The position numbers and the translations under genes are program-made. This document shows, piece by piece, positions 1 to 8,289 of a stretch of DNA of 20,000 nt (its first letter is position 1; each line of letters opens with the position of its first letter). Location: assembly GCA_013151235.1 (NCBI GenBank), contig JAADIO010000008.1:49167-69166 (forward strand), written 5' to 3'. Source of the DNA: Deltaproteobacteria bacterium (GTDB taxonomy: Bacteria > CG2-30-53-67). The notes beneath the pieces were generated by a model that worked only from the letters and a program-made list of their open reading frames with translations, did not search any database and had not been told where the DNA came from.

Positions 1-733
1 TATAGGAAATTCCCTGGACCAAAGAGATTCCTCCAGGCAGGACGATGGAAACCAGCCCGTCATCCGCCTCCAGAGAATGAACGCCAACCAGTTCCGATAT
101 CTGTTGTATTAACAAGTCCCGTTTGTCACGCAGATCATTGGCATGTTGTCCCCCGGCCTCAATCGACTGAATCTGAACGTTCAGATCGGTAATCTCCGAC
201 GACAAGTCATTGATCTGGTCCACGACGCTGGAAATGGACCGATCCGATTCATCCTTGACACCGCTGACATGCTCATAGACACGGGAGAACTCCGATACCA
301 GATTGTTCGCGCTTTGTACCACTCCGGTCCGTTCCGCCGAACTCTCCGGACGTCCTGCAAGGCTCTCCCATGCATTGAAAAAATCGCTGATCGCGCTTCC
401 CAGCCCTCCCCCGTTCGATTCGTTAAAGACCATCTCTGCTGCCGTCAGGGTCGCTTTCTTTGCCGTTGCACTCCCGTAGTACTGTTCCTGAAGATTAATC
501 TGGTTGGTCGTAAAATTATCGTGAGTCCGTTCGATATGTGAAACCATGACTCCCGTACCAAGCTGACCGACCGATCCAAGAGAGGCAGGATTGGTCGTCT
601 CCATCACGGCAGACTGTTTTGAATAGCCCGGCGTATTAACATTGGCAATATTATGCGAACTCACTTCCAGCGCAATCTGCTGGCTCTGAAGCGATTTCAA
701 GCTTGTATCGAGAATCCCGAGAATTGCACCCAT
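1..733 (-). CDS. flgK: Flagellar hook-associated protein FlgK (5' part; runs off window start)
   Basis: Not in the ORF track; translated by hand from ATG at 733: MGAILGILDTSLKSLQSQQIALEVSSHNIANVNTPGYSKQ...GQLGTGV...ANDLRDKRDLLIQQISELV. These are FlgK N-terminal motifs. The frame is open to the window edge and the gene follows flgN. Confidence 0.95.
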   Translation of the reverse strand, partial: MGAILGILDTSLKSLQSQQIALEVSSHNIANVNTPGYSKQSAVMETTNPASLGSVGQLGTGVMVSHIERTHDNFTTNQINLQEQYYGSATAKKATLTAAEMVFNESNGGGLGSAISDFFNAWESLAGRPESSAERTGVVQSANNLVSEFSRVYEHVSGVKDESDRSISSVVDQINDLSSEITDLNVQIQSIEAGGQHANDLRDKRDLLIQQISELVGVHSLEADDGLVSIVLPGGISLVQGISY

Positions 734-748
734 GCTGTCCTTGCCTTT

Positions 749-1252
749 CTATGCCCGCTGATTCACACGACACTCCGATTCCTCTTTTGTCTCGATTTGT
801 CCGTCCGGGCTGTAGACCGGTTGACCGGAGGGATGCTGAAAAATCGAGAGGGACCCGCGGATAAAATCCAGGGAGGTCCCTACAAGACCTTCATTCATCT
901 TCACAAGGTTCTGAACAGTCGTCAGGAGTTCACGCAATTCCCCCTGACAGGCGGACAGAGGTACCGAGCAGCGGCCGCCGGAGGCTTGAATGATCCGGGA
1001 AAGAGGAGGGTCCTCTCCGGGAATGCCGCAAAGGGAACAGATCTTCTCCACAAGGGTTTGACGGCTCTCTTCCAGAAGTTTGCTTTTCAGATAGACCGTT
1101 TCTTTCTTTTTTTCAACCTCTTCGATCACTTCCAGGTCGGCCAGGATCAGCCCTTTCTGCTCTTCCTGAAGAAGATCAATGAGGGAACGGTAAATTCGGA
1201 CCTCTTCCTGCAAAACATCAAGAAGGGCCTCGAAAGTTTCCATTTTCTTCAT
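749..1252 (-). CDS. flgN: Flagellar export chaperone FlgN
   Basis: Helical ~167 aa protein (LLDVLQEEVRIYRSLIDLLQEEQKGLI...VQNLVKMNEGLV...VYSPDG) directly upstream of flgK. GGGGAGG RBS before ATG 1252. An in-frame alternative ATG lies at 1348. Confidence 0.85.
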   Translation of the reverse strand: MKKMETFEALLDVLQEEVRIYRSLIDLLQEEQKGLILADLEVIEEVEKKKETVYLKSKLLEESRQTLVEKICSLCGIPGEDPPLSRIIQASGGRCSVPLSACQGELRELLTTVQNLVKMNEGLVGTSLDFIRGSLSIFQHPSGQPVYSPDGQIETKEESECRVNQRA

Positions 1253-1391
1253 GGGAACCTCCCCGGTCGGATGGGGTTTCATGTGACGGAAATGTCGATT
1301 CTGTCCCGGAAGTACACTGTACGTGATTGCATGTTCATTCCTTTTCATATTGCACCCGTCTCCGCCTCTCACAGCAAGGCTTTTTTTTTTC

Positions 1392-1419
1392 TTATCGGCA
1401 AACTCTTCCCGAAACTTTA
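1392..1419 (-). promoter_or_regulatory. sigma28 (FliA) promoter for flgN-flgK
   Basis: Minus strand TAAAGTTT-N12-GCCGATAA. Both boxes match the sigma28 consensus exactly; the spacer is 1 nt longer than the E. coli N11. Confidence 0.85.
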
Positions 1420-1452
1420 TGATCTGCCGCATTTTTCATTTCCGTCGGTCCC

Positions 1453-2247
1453 TCATATCACTGCCATCCGGGAATGAATATAGCGGGAGGGGTTGACTGC
1501 CTTTCCAGCTTTTCTAATCTCGAAATGGAGATGAGGCCCGGTGGCACGGCCTGTGCAACCGACACGGCCGAGGATCTCCCCTTTCCGGACATACTCCCCT
1601 TCCCTGCATTCATTTTCTTGATTGTGGGCATAGACCGTTTCCACACCACCGGCATGACGCAGGATAACAACCTTTCCATACCCCCGTATTTCCCCACTGA
1701 ATATCACCTTTCCGTTGCCGGCCGCCCGCACCGGAGACCCGGCTGGAAGAGCAATGTCGATCCCGTCGTGCCATTTCCGCTCTCCGGTGAAGGGATCCCG
1801 CCGCCACCCGTAACCGGATGAAATTTGTGCCGAAACGGTAAGACCTAAATCCTGATTCAAATGTCCCACCCCCTGCAGTGATGATTCGACTTTCAGGGGC
1901 GACGCATGTCTTGCTCCGGTTTGCCGTTCCAGTTGACGGCTGATCATGTCGGCCAGACCGAGTCCTCCCCGTTGAGAAAGTTCATGCGCAATCTGTTCAT
2001 CGAGCATGGAACGATAAATATTTTCCGCCTTCCGGTTACCCAGAAGATCCGACTGCATCACCGTATCGCGCATCTTTTTAATCATATAAGTCAGCAGGAA
2101 GGATTCAAACTCATGTCCCGCCTTGATGGCTTCTTTTTTGTCTTGGGAGTGAGGGGAGGTGCCGGCAAAGGTCTTTTCAATTCGTTCAGACTTTTCCATG
2201 AACCCGGATTGTGCGAACCCGGATTGAAGGGGCGAAATATTTTTCAT
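1453..2247 (-). CDS. flgJ: FlgJ rod-binding domain fused to M23 family peptidoglycan endopeptidase
   Basis: N-terminal EFESFLLTYMIKKMRDTV...IYRSMLDEQIAHELSQRGGLGLADMISRQL is the rod-binding domain. C-terminal ISSGYGWRRDPF, HDGID, YAH and ATGPHLHFEIR are M23 Zn motifs. Position directly after flgI. Confidence 0.9.
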   Translation of the reverse strand: MKNISPLQSGFAQSGFMEKSERIEKTFAGTSPHSQDKKEAIKAGHEFESFLLTYMIKKMRDTVMQSDLLGNRKAENIYRSMLDEQIAHELSQRGGLGLADMISRQLERQTGARHASPLKVESSLQGVGHLNQDLGLTVSAQISSGYGWRRDPFTGERKWHDGIDIALPAGSPVRAAGNGKVIFSGEIRGYGKVVILRHAGGVETVYAHNQENECREGEYVRKGEILGRVGCTGRATGPHLHFEIRKAGKAVNPSRYIHSRMAVI

Positions 2248-2259
2248 ACGGTTTCCAAT

Positions 2260-3411
2260 CTAAATAATCTTCAGTTCCGCCTGCAAGGCCCCCGCCGCCT
2301 TGATGGCCTGAAAAATAGCGATCAAGTCCGAAGGGGAGACCCCGATGGAATTCAGGCCCCGCACGACCTCACCGATACTGACCCCGGCAGGAACGAGCAT
2401 CAACTTTCTCTTTTCCTCCGAGACCTTAACCGTCGTATCCGGAACCGTCACGGTCTTCCCCGAGGCCAGTGCCCTCGGTTGGGAAACACCGACCCGTTCC
2501 TTGATCTCAATACTGAGATTTCCGTGGGAAATGGCCACCGTTGAGATCCGTACGTGTTCCCCCATAACGACCGTTCCGGTCCGCTCATTCAGGACGACAC
2601 GGGCATAGGTATCAGGAGCCACATCAATCGCTTCCAGGCGGGAAATAAAGGAGACCGGATTGTTCTGAAAGTCTTTCGGCAGCATCACCTCCAGTGTTCC
2701 ACCATCAAGAGCATTCGCCGTATGCGCTCCAAAGTACTGATTGACGGCTTTAGCAATCCGGTTTGCGGTACAGAAATCAGCAGTCCGCAGGGCTGCACGA
2801 ATGCGTCCCTGATGAAAAACGGTCATCGGCACCTCCCGTTCGACCAGTGCCCCGCCGGAGATGACGCCGACGGTGGGATGGTTTTTCTGTACTCCTCCGC
2901 CCGACGCACCCCCAAAAGAGAAACCACCGACCGAAACCTCCCCCTGTGCTACGGCGTAAACCTTACCGTCAGGTCCTTTCAACGGCGTCATGAGAAGGGT
3001 CCCCCCCCGCAGACTTGACGCATTCCCGATGGAGGAGATCTTGATATCCAGCCGGTTGCCATTCCGGGCAAAAGGAGGAAGCGTCGTCGTCACCATCACG
3101 GAAGCGACATTCTCCGCCTTGATCCCCTTCACCTTAGCGGGGTTCACCGTTACCCCAAGACGCTGGAGCATACTGGCCAGGCTCTGGTTGGTGAAGATCG
3201 TGGAGGTATCATCCCCCGTGCCGTCCAACCCGATCACCAGGCCGTACCCCAACAACTGGTTATCCCGGACCCCTTCGATGTTCACCAGATCCTTGATGCG
3301 CGCACCGAAAGCGAACCCCGGAAGTAACAGCATCCCCAACAACAGTATCCACACTTTAAGAGGCTGGATCATGGTTTCACTCCATGGGAAATTTTGATCG
3401 TTTTCATTCAC
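2260..3411 (-). CDS. flgI: Flagellar P-ring protein FlgI
   Basis: Signal peptide followed by ARIKDLVNIEGVRDNQLLGYGLVIGLDGTGD; C-terminal QAIKAAGALQAEL. The start may be the downstream ATG at 3372. Confidence 0.97.
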   Translation of the reverse strand: MNENDQNFPWSETMIQPLKVWILLLGMLLLPGFAFGARIKDLVNIEGVRDNQLLGYGLVIGLDGTGDDTSTIFTNQSLASMLQRLGVTVNPAKVKGIKAENVASVMVTTTLPPFARNGNRLDIKISSIGNASSLRGGTLLMTPLKGPDGKVYAVAQGEVSVGGFSFGGASGGGVQKNHPTVGVISGGALVEREVPMTVFHQGRIRAALRTADFCTANRIAKAVNQYFGAHTANALDGGTLEVMLPKDFQNNPVSFISRLEAIDVAPDTYARVVLNERTGTVVMGEHVRISTVAISHGNLSIEIKERVGVSQPRALASGKTVTVPDTTVKVSEEKRKLMLVPAGVSIGEVVRGLNSIGVSPSDLIAIFQAIKAAGALQAELKII

Positions 3412-3432
3412 GAAGTCATTCCTTTCCGAAAC

Positions 3433-4185
3433 TCAGAAGGGCCAGAACTTGTCGAATCCCCGGGCCAGCCACCCAGGCCGCTGTTTATCCCCCACGACTC
3501 CCATGCCGTAATAGGAAATACTGGCATCCGCAATAAACGTGGACAGGATGATGTTCTGCGCACTGATATCATCGGGACGGACCGTCCCGGTCAGGACCAT
3601 AATCTGTTCCTCCCCGTTTACCGTGACCAGACGTCTGCCCCGGATTTTCAGATTGCCGTTCGGGAGGACCTCCGTCACAATCGCCGTCATCTTGCCGCTC
3701 AGCTTTCCACTGCGGGTTGTCTCTCCGCTTCCATCAAAGTCGTTTTTGGTGGACGCCCCGAGAATGTTGGCAAGATCAAGTGCGTTGGCACTGGTCGTTC
3801 CTGCACCATTGGAGGTTTGCAGCCGGGAGAGTCTCGAGTCCAGACGGGTTTCCTGACCGAAGAGATGTGGCATCCCGGCAGAAATCTGCGAGGAACGGCC
3901 AAGTTTGGTTGATGCCTTTTTGGTCGCTGTAGAACTTTCCACAATATCAATCGTCACAATATCATTGACCGTCCGGGCCTTGTTGTCGACAAAAAGCATG
4001 TTCCGATTCGATTCCCCCGTCCAGAGAGATCCGGTAGCCTGAGCCGGGGCCGACACAACCGGGGTCTGCACAATCGGCGTCGGCATTTTTGCTTTTTCGC
4101 GAAGTGATTTGTGAAACAGCCGGGTTGTTCCGGCACACCCCGCCATGAATATCATGAACAAAATCAGAAGATATCTCCGCATCAT
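3433..4185 (-). CDS. flgH: Flagellar L-ring lipoprotein FlgH
   Basis: Lipobox MAGC; motifs LFVDNKARTVNDIVTIDIVE, VLPNGNLKIRG, GTVRPDDI, GWLARGFDKFWPF. Start set at ATG 4185 with upstream GAGG. Confidence 0.95.
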   Translation of the reverse strand: MMRRYLLILFMIFMAGCAGTTRLFHKSLREKAKMPTPIVQTPVVSAPAQATGSLWTGESNRNMLFVDNKARTVNDIVTIDIVESSTATKKASTKLGRSSQISAGMPHLFGQETRLDSRLSRLQTSNGAGTTSANALDLANILGASTKNDFDGSGETTRSGKLSGKMTAIVTEVLPNGNLKIRGRRLVTVNGEEQIMVLTGTVRPDDISAQNIILSTFIADASISYYGMGVVGDKQRPGWLARGFDKFWPF

Positions 4186-4219
4186 CTCACCTGTTCCTCT
4201 GTGGTTTGTACACTCCATG

Positions 4220-5188
4220 CTACCATGTCTCGATCCGCACCGTGCTGCCGTCAATCACCTTGCCGTAGACTTCCTTCTTGGAGGCAATGTTCTGAACCCG
4301 TATCACGGCGCCTGGAATTCCGTTTTCCAGCACCTTTCCCCGTGCAATAATCCTGAACAGATTGTTCTCGACTTGCATGGTGACCAGATCGCCCCGCCGG
4401 ACCACCGGAGGAATCTCGACCTCGTTTTTACGAATCGGTTCCCCGGCCCGGATAAAACTCCGGCTTCGGGTTCCGACAATGTCCTTGACGGAGGAAAAAT
4501 AATCCGAGTTCATGCCGGCCAGATTCCGTCGTTCCACAACAACATCATTTGCATCAATCTGGCTCATTCGGGCAATGGGATGGCGTGCCGTCACGACCGG
4601 TACATAAACCCGGATATCGGCGTTCACCCAAATCTGTTTCTTTTCCCCCGCCGTCTCAAGGATCACCTGTAGAGGTGTGGTCCCGAGAAAATCCGTATGC
4701 GGTTGGGAAATCACCTGCCAGGCAATCTTGCCAGCGGGCAGAAGCAGATCACGAGGCCCCGTAATCCGGCCGATTTCGACCTCGTTCGATCTCCAGGGAA
4801 TTTCTTTCACAAGGTATTGTTTGACCACCCGGCGGATCTGCCTGGCCGTAACGGTCTGTGCATCTCGGAGGATGACGGTCTGTTCCGCACCGGAAAAATG
4901 TACGTCGCGGGCCCGGATCTTCCGAGATTTGAGGAGCAGCAGAAGGCGAGACCGTGTGATGATGATTTTTTTCCCGGGAAGCGGTGCAGGACCGATTTCC
5001 AGGCTCCCAAGGTCGGGAACGACGGTGCCGGGATCCATATGGACCCGGGCAATCTCCTGAAGATAGAGGACTGTCTTTCGCACATGAACACGCTTTTGCA
5101 GAGTAATGTTCATCTTTGCACCGACCGCCCCGTCAGCAAGAATCAAGAGAAGAAAACTGTAAAGAACCATCTGCACCGGTCGTTTCAT
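4220..5188 (-). CDS. flgA: Flagellar P-ring formation chaperone FlgA (long form)
   Basis: Signal peptide, SAF-like region (VVTARHPIARMSQI) and C-terminal VVRRGDLVTM...GKVLENGIPGAVIRVQNIASKKEVYGKV. Located between flgG and flgH. Confidence 0.92.
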   Translation of the reverse strand: MKRPVQMVLYSFLLLILADGAVGAKMNITLQKRVHVRKTVLYLQEIARVHMDPGTVVPDLGSLEIGPAPLPGKKIIITRSRLLLLLKSRKIRARDVHFSGAEQTVILRDAQTVTARQIRRVVKQYLVKEIPWRSNEVEIGRITGPRDLLLPAGKIAWQVISQPHTDFLGTTPLQVILETAGEKKQIWVNADIRVYVPVVTARHPIARMSQIDANDVVVERRNLAGMNSDYFSSVKDIVGTRSRSFIRAGEPIRKNEVEIPPVVRRGDLVTMQVENNLFRIIARGKVLENGIPGAVIRVQNIASKKEVYGKVIDGSTVRIETW

Positions 5189-5194
5189 TCGCTC

Positions 5195-5983
5195 TTACCT
5201 CTTGGTATTGTTGGCAGTCTGCATCATTTCATCGGCTGTCTGAATCGCTTTGGAGTTGATCTCGTAGGCCCGCTGGCCGACGATCATATTGATTAGTTCC
5301 TCACTGATGTTCACGTTGGAAAGTTCCAGAAACCCCTGTGCGAGCGTCCCGACCCCGTTCTCACCGGGTGTCCCCGTTGTCGGGCTACCGGAGGAGGCGG
5401 TCTCTGTATAAAGATTCCTTCCGATACTTTTCAGTCCGGAGGGGTTGGCAAAGGATACAAGCTGTATCTGACCCACCTGGGTCGATGCGTTTTGTCCCGC
5501 CTGCATCACGGATACCGTTCCATCCGATCCGACGGTAATATTCAAAGTATCTGCGGGAATCGTAATCTGCGGAACCAGCGGAAAGCCATCGGATGTCACG
5601 AGACGCCCCTGTTCATCCTGCTTGAAAGAACCGGCACGACTGTACCCGGTCTCACCGTTCGGCTGGAGGATCTGGAAAAATCCACGCCCTTCAATGGCAA
5701 AATCCAGCGGGTTCTGGGTCTGCTGGAATTCGCCCTGTTGAAAAATCTTCTGTATGGCGGCATTTCGGGTGCCGAGACCGATCTGCATCCCGGTCGGATA
5801 GATGGTACTGCTGGAAGAACTCGCTCCGGCCTCACGGAGGGTCTGATAGAGAAGATCCTGAAAATCCGCCCGGCTGCGCTTGAATCCCGTGGTGTTGACA
5901 TTCGCCAGGTTATTCGCGATCACATCGATATTCAGTTGCTGGGCTTCCATTCCGGACGCAGCCGTCCATAATGCACGGATCAT
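5195..5983 (-). CDS. flgG: Flagellar distal rod protein FlgG
   Basis: [47 protein letters not shown]...[17 protein letters not shown]; 262 aa. Confidence 0.98.
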   Translation of the reverse strand: MIRALWTAASGMEAQQLNIDVIANNLANVNTTGFKRSRADFQDLLYQTLREAGASSSSSTIYPTGMQIGLGTRNAAIQKIFQQGEFQQTQNPLDFAIEGRGFFQILQPNGETGYSRAGSFKQDEQGRLVTSDGFPLVPQITIPADTLNITVGSDGTVSVMQAGQNASTQVGQIQLVSFANPSGLKSIGRNLYTETASSGSPTTGTPGENGVGTLAQGFLELSNVNISEELINMIVGQRAYEINSKAIQTADEMMQTANNTKR

Positions 5984-6010
5984 AATCGACTCCTTTCTAC
6001 TGCGTTATCC

Positions 6011-6736
6011 CTACCCTCTTCCCAATTCCGATGTGACCGCCTTGGACGCATCGTCCATTGACTGGATCACCTTCTGATAGGATTCATAAGAACGGGAGAC
6101 ATCAATTAACTGCAGCATCTCTTCAACCATATTGACATTCGATTTTTCAACATAGCCCTGCCGAACACTCACGTTCAGATCCTGTGTAAGATTCCCCGGA
6201 CCGCCGTTGTTGATGAAGAGTCCGGCCCCGGCTTTTTCCAGCTTCGACGTATCGGCAAAGGAAACCACTTTTACCTGTCCCACCGAGGACTGATCGACCG
6301 TGACCTCTCCATCCGTGCCGATCGTCACATGCGCCCCATCGATCACAAGAGGACCACTGGAACCGGAGACCGGGTCCCCATCGGCCGTAACAAGCTGGTT
6401 GTCGGAATTCAACGTGAAGTCTCCCTGCCGGGTATAACGGACCCCTTGAGGCGTATCAATTTCAAAGAAGCCATTCCCGCTCAGGGCCAGATCGAAGGTG
6501 TTCCCTGTCTTCACGATTTTTCCCTGACTGAAGTCGGTACGAAAATCGGAAATTCCCACCAGATCGGTCTCGCCGCGGGCACTCTGGGCATTATTCAGAA
6601 AAGACCGGAAGGAGAGAACATCTTTCTTGTAACCATCCGTGTTGATATTGGCCAGGTTATTCGTCAGAATCTCCAGCCGCTTTTCCTGAGCCATTCCGCC
6701 CGATACGGCTGCATAAAAACCACCCTGGTTGGACAT
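6011..6736 (-). CDS. flgF: Flagellar proximal rod protein FlgF
   Basis: GFYAAVSG...NNLANINTDGYKKD, TGNTFDLALSGNGFF, YTRQGDF, QGYVEKSNVN. Upstream of flgG; GGAGGAG RBS before ATG 6736. Confidence 0.92.
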   Translation of the reverse strand: MSNQGGFYAAVSGGMAQEKRLEILTNNLANINTDGYKKDVLSFRSFLNNAQSARGETDLVGISDFRTDFSQGKIVKTGNTFDLALSGNGFFEIDTPQGVRYTRQGDFTLNSDNQLVTADGDPVSGSSGPLVIDGAHVTIGTDGEVTVDQSSVGQVKVVSFADTSKLEKAGAGLFINNGGPGNLTQDLNVSVRQGYVEKSNVNMVEEMLQLIDVSRSYESYQKVIQSMDDASKAVTSELGRG

Positions 6737-6793
6737 AAGGGACTCCTCCAATCCGTTTTATGCCGACGAATTACTGAAAACACCTCTCATAAA

Positions 6794-6810
6794 AGCAAGG
6801 TCCGTGCCAA
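6794..6810 (-). promoter_or_regulatory. sigma54 (RpoN) -24/-12 promoter of the flgF operon
   Basis: Minus strand TTGGCACGGACCTTGCT matches TGGCAC-N5-TTGC, about 58 bp upstream of the flgF start. Confidence 0.9.
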
Positions 6811-6971
6811 ATACCGACACCGGGAAGCATGTATTGTAAATACACCAATACACATATTGTTACAATAACTTAGAACATTTACTTCATCCTTTCTATAAAG
6901 CAATCCATCAATAATTCCCCGCAAGGAGATAGGAAGATTTTGCCTATCCCCGTCGTCTTCTGCCCCCGATA

Positions 6972-6989
6972 TCCGATTGCAAAATCGGA
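6972..6989. promoter_or_regulatory. Palindromic candidate transcription-factor site in the flgF/cheV divergent region
   Basis: Perfect inverted repeat TCCGATT-GCAA-AATCGGA. A second one, GATAGG-N9-CCTATC, lies at 6928-6948. Confidence 0.4.
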
Positions 6990-7000
6990 AAATAAATTCC

Positions 7001-7028
7001 TCAAGTATTTCCAGCACAAATTCGATAA
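7001..7028 (+). promoter_or_regulatory. Probable sigma28 promoter for cheV
   Basis: TCAAGTAT-N12-TTCGATAA, with the same spacing as the flgN promoter. cheV genes are commonly FliA-dependent. Confidence 0.55.
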
Positions 7029-7117
7029 GAAAGTATCAAGCAGAATCTCTTCTTGTTTGCACTGCTTTGACTTTTAACCCACAGGACTTCGGGGAATCCG
7101 GAAAGTTGAGGGAAACG

Positions 7118-8071
7118 ATGAGTACAGGGCTCTGTAACGACGAACTCGTTCTGAAAGTCGGAACCAACAAGATCGAACTGCTGGAGTTCCACATTGACAA
7201 AGAGAGCGATGACGGTACGGTCTCGCAGGGAGTCTACGGAATCAATGTTTCCAAAGTAACCGAAGTCATCCGGATGACCGATATTACGGAAGTTCCCCAC
7301 GTCCCGGCCTTCCTCATGGGAATCATTCACCTGAGAGGGAAGACCATTCCCATCATCAACCTTGCAAAATGGCTGGGGATTACCGAACCCAAACGTCCCA
7401 TGGAAAAAAATAAGATCATCGTCGCGGAATTCAACAACACCCCCCTGGGCTTTGTCGTGCATCAGACAACGAAGATCCGTCGGATCGAATGGGAGAAAAT
7501 AAGTACCCCACCGGATATCATGAATGAAAAATACGATGGGAATATTACCGGCACAACGATGATCGAAAATGATCGGCTCCTGCTGATTCTGGATCTCGAA
7601 AAAATCCTGGCGGAACTGACATCCAACAAAGAAAATTCGGAAGGGGCACTCCAGGCAGCAAAGAAAAAGGACGGCGCCCGACGAAGAATCCTCGTTGCCG
7701 ACGACTCACTCGTCGCCCGGAAACAGGTCGCCAACATATTAAAGAAAGCAAATTATGAGGTTGATCTGGTTGTGGACGGCAAGCAGGCCTGGAACCGATT
7801 AAATGAGTTGTATGATGCCACCGAAGGTAAAAAAAGCTCATTCCGGGAGGTCGTCTATCTTGTTTTAAGCGATGTGGAAATGCCGGAGATGGACGGCTAT
7901 ACCCTGACGGAAAAAATCAAAGACGATGAACGGTTCAAAGAAATCCCCGTGATCCTCCACTCTTCCCTGAGCGGAGAAGCCAATACGGAAAAAGGGAAGC
8001 AGGTCGGATGTGATCACTACGTGGTCAAGTTCGATCCGGAAGTACTCTTTCAGGCCATCAACGAGTACTGA
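7118..8071 (+). CDS. cheV: Chemotaxis protein CheV (CheW + receiver)
   Basis: VGTNKIELLEF, YGINVSKVTEVI, GIIHLRGKTIPIINL (CheW domain); ILVADDSLVARKQ, LSDVEMPEMDGY, HSSLS, VVKFDP (REC domain). Start at ATG 7118 after GAGGG. Confidence 0.95.
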   Translation: MSTGLCNDELVLKVGTNKIELLEFHIDKESDDGTVSQGVYGINVSKVTEVIRMTDITEVPHVPAFLMGIIHLRGKTIPIINLAKWLGITEPKRPMEKNKIIVAEFNNTPLGFVVHQTTKIRRIEWEKISTPPDIMNEKYDGNITGTTMIENDRLLLILDLEKILAELTSNKENSEGALQAAKKKDGARRRILVADDSLVARKQVANILKKANYEVDLVVDGKQAWNRLNELYDATEGKKSSFREVVYLVLSDVEMPEMDGYTLTEKIKDDERFKEIPVILHSSLSGEANTEKGKQVGCDHYVVKFDPEVLFQAINEY

Positions 8072-8289
8072 TTCCGGAACCATCTCCGGCACCCGACTGC
8101 ATCCGCTTCCCGGAACGGGGTAAAATCCCTGGATCTGCAAAGCACCCTCGCCGCACAAACCATGGACAATGAAATATCCTGAACTCGACAATGAAGCGGT
8201 CTGAACAACTCTGTCATTGAGAGATATCAATATTGCTTTACTTCCTGATTGCCCCTGTGGTAGAAACCTCCTAAAGGTGAGGAGAAACA

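Noticed and set aside
1349..1432. N-terminal extension of flgN to 1432
   Set aside because: Runs through the sigma28 promoter and A-tract; a good RBS lies at the 1252 start.
143..1477. Plus-strand ORFs 143-541 and 653-1477
   Set aside because: Antisense shadows of flgK and flgN; no family motifs.
6977..7117. 47-aa N-terminal extension of cheV
   Set aside because: Covers the putative promoter; family similarity begins at ATG 7118, which has an RBS.
8211..8228. Pho box (CTGTCAT) upstream of lolD
   Set aside because: Only one half-site; no second repeat at 11-bp spacing.
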